NCBI GenBank assembly: GCA_963734535.1
Contig: CAVTHS010000008.1
Location: 1 to 64,000, forward strand
Reading direction: 5' to 3'
From: an uncultured Chloroflexia bacterium
GTDB lineage: Bacteria; Chloroflexota; Limnocylindria; Limnocylindrales; CSP1-4
DNA: 64,000 nucleotides
This document shows, piece after piece, positions 63,932-64,000 of this stretch; position 1 is the stretch's first letter, and the number at the start of each line of letters is the position of its first letter. The notes beneath the pieces were generated by a model. It made no database searches. It was not told where the DNA came from and saw only the letters and a list, made by a program, of their open reading frames with translations. The position numbers were made by a program, and so were the translations under genes.

Positions 63932-64000
63932 TTCCCAGCGCCCGCGAGATAGGCCGCCTCGTCGGCCGCCGTCCAGGCCGGCACCGTCCGGATCGTGTCA
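63928..64000 (-). CDS. 3' end of an upstream gene running off the window
   Basis: ...DTIRTVPAWTAADEAAYLAGAGK* with a GTGA overlap onto the MtlD-like gene. Confidence 0.55.
   Translation of the reverse strand, partial: DTIRTVPAWTAADEAAYLAGAGK

Noticed and set aside
29513-64000. Possible attR copy of the tRNA-Gln 3' end, or an integrase defining a mobile island
   Set aside because: Neither was found by eye, so no mobile_element feature was called

Overview
Very GC-rich bacterial DNA. The gene content and the Ala/Pro/Ser-rich lipoprotein linkers suggest Chloroflexota (Limnocylindria-like) or an actinobacterium; this is an inference only. At least 13 genes are split by frame changes, including core enzymes, which points to long-read assembly indels rather than gene decay. 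The region 1-29.5 kb is housekeeping: a SufR-like regulator, an adenosine deaminase-family enzyme, a polar amino-acid ABC transporter, a branched-chain 2-oxoacid dehydrogenase operon (lpdA, cruF-like, E1a, E1b, E2, orf, lipA), TPM-pspA, nnrE, ppc, mutY, a LysM lipoprotein, an aminoaldehyde dehydrogenase, a GT1 glycosyltransferase, an ACT protein, an MBL hydrolase, glnS and tRNA-Gln(CTG). Downstream of the tRNA is a variable region with four parts: (1) small genes and gene fragments at 29.6-35.9 kb; (2) a GH31/sugar-ABC/LacI locus at 35.9-42.9 kb; (3) a putative defence/conflict island at 43.2-53.7 kb; (4) an lsr-like sugar-uptake locus at 53.8-62.5 kb followed by a polyol dehydrogenase. The island encodes an ARPP-1/DUF6569 protein, an unknown ORF, an unusual EEP-Mesh1(HD) fusion, a SauUSI-like PLD-helicase-DUF3427 enzyme, a NERD-helicase, a Fic protein and a Cas4/RecB-like nuclease. 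The best candidates for something new are the EEP-HD fusion, a GTGCCA-N7-TGGCAC palindrome placed at exactly the same distance before the first and last genes of the island, and a 164-bp structured intergenic element at 12.9-13.1 kb. No CRISPR array, integrase or transposase was seen.
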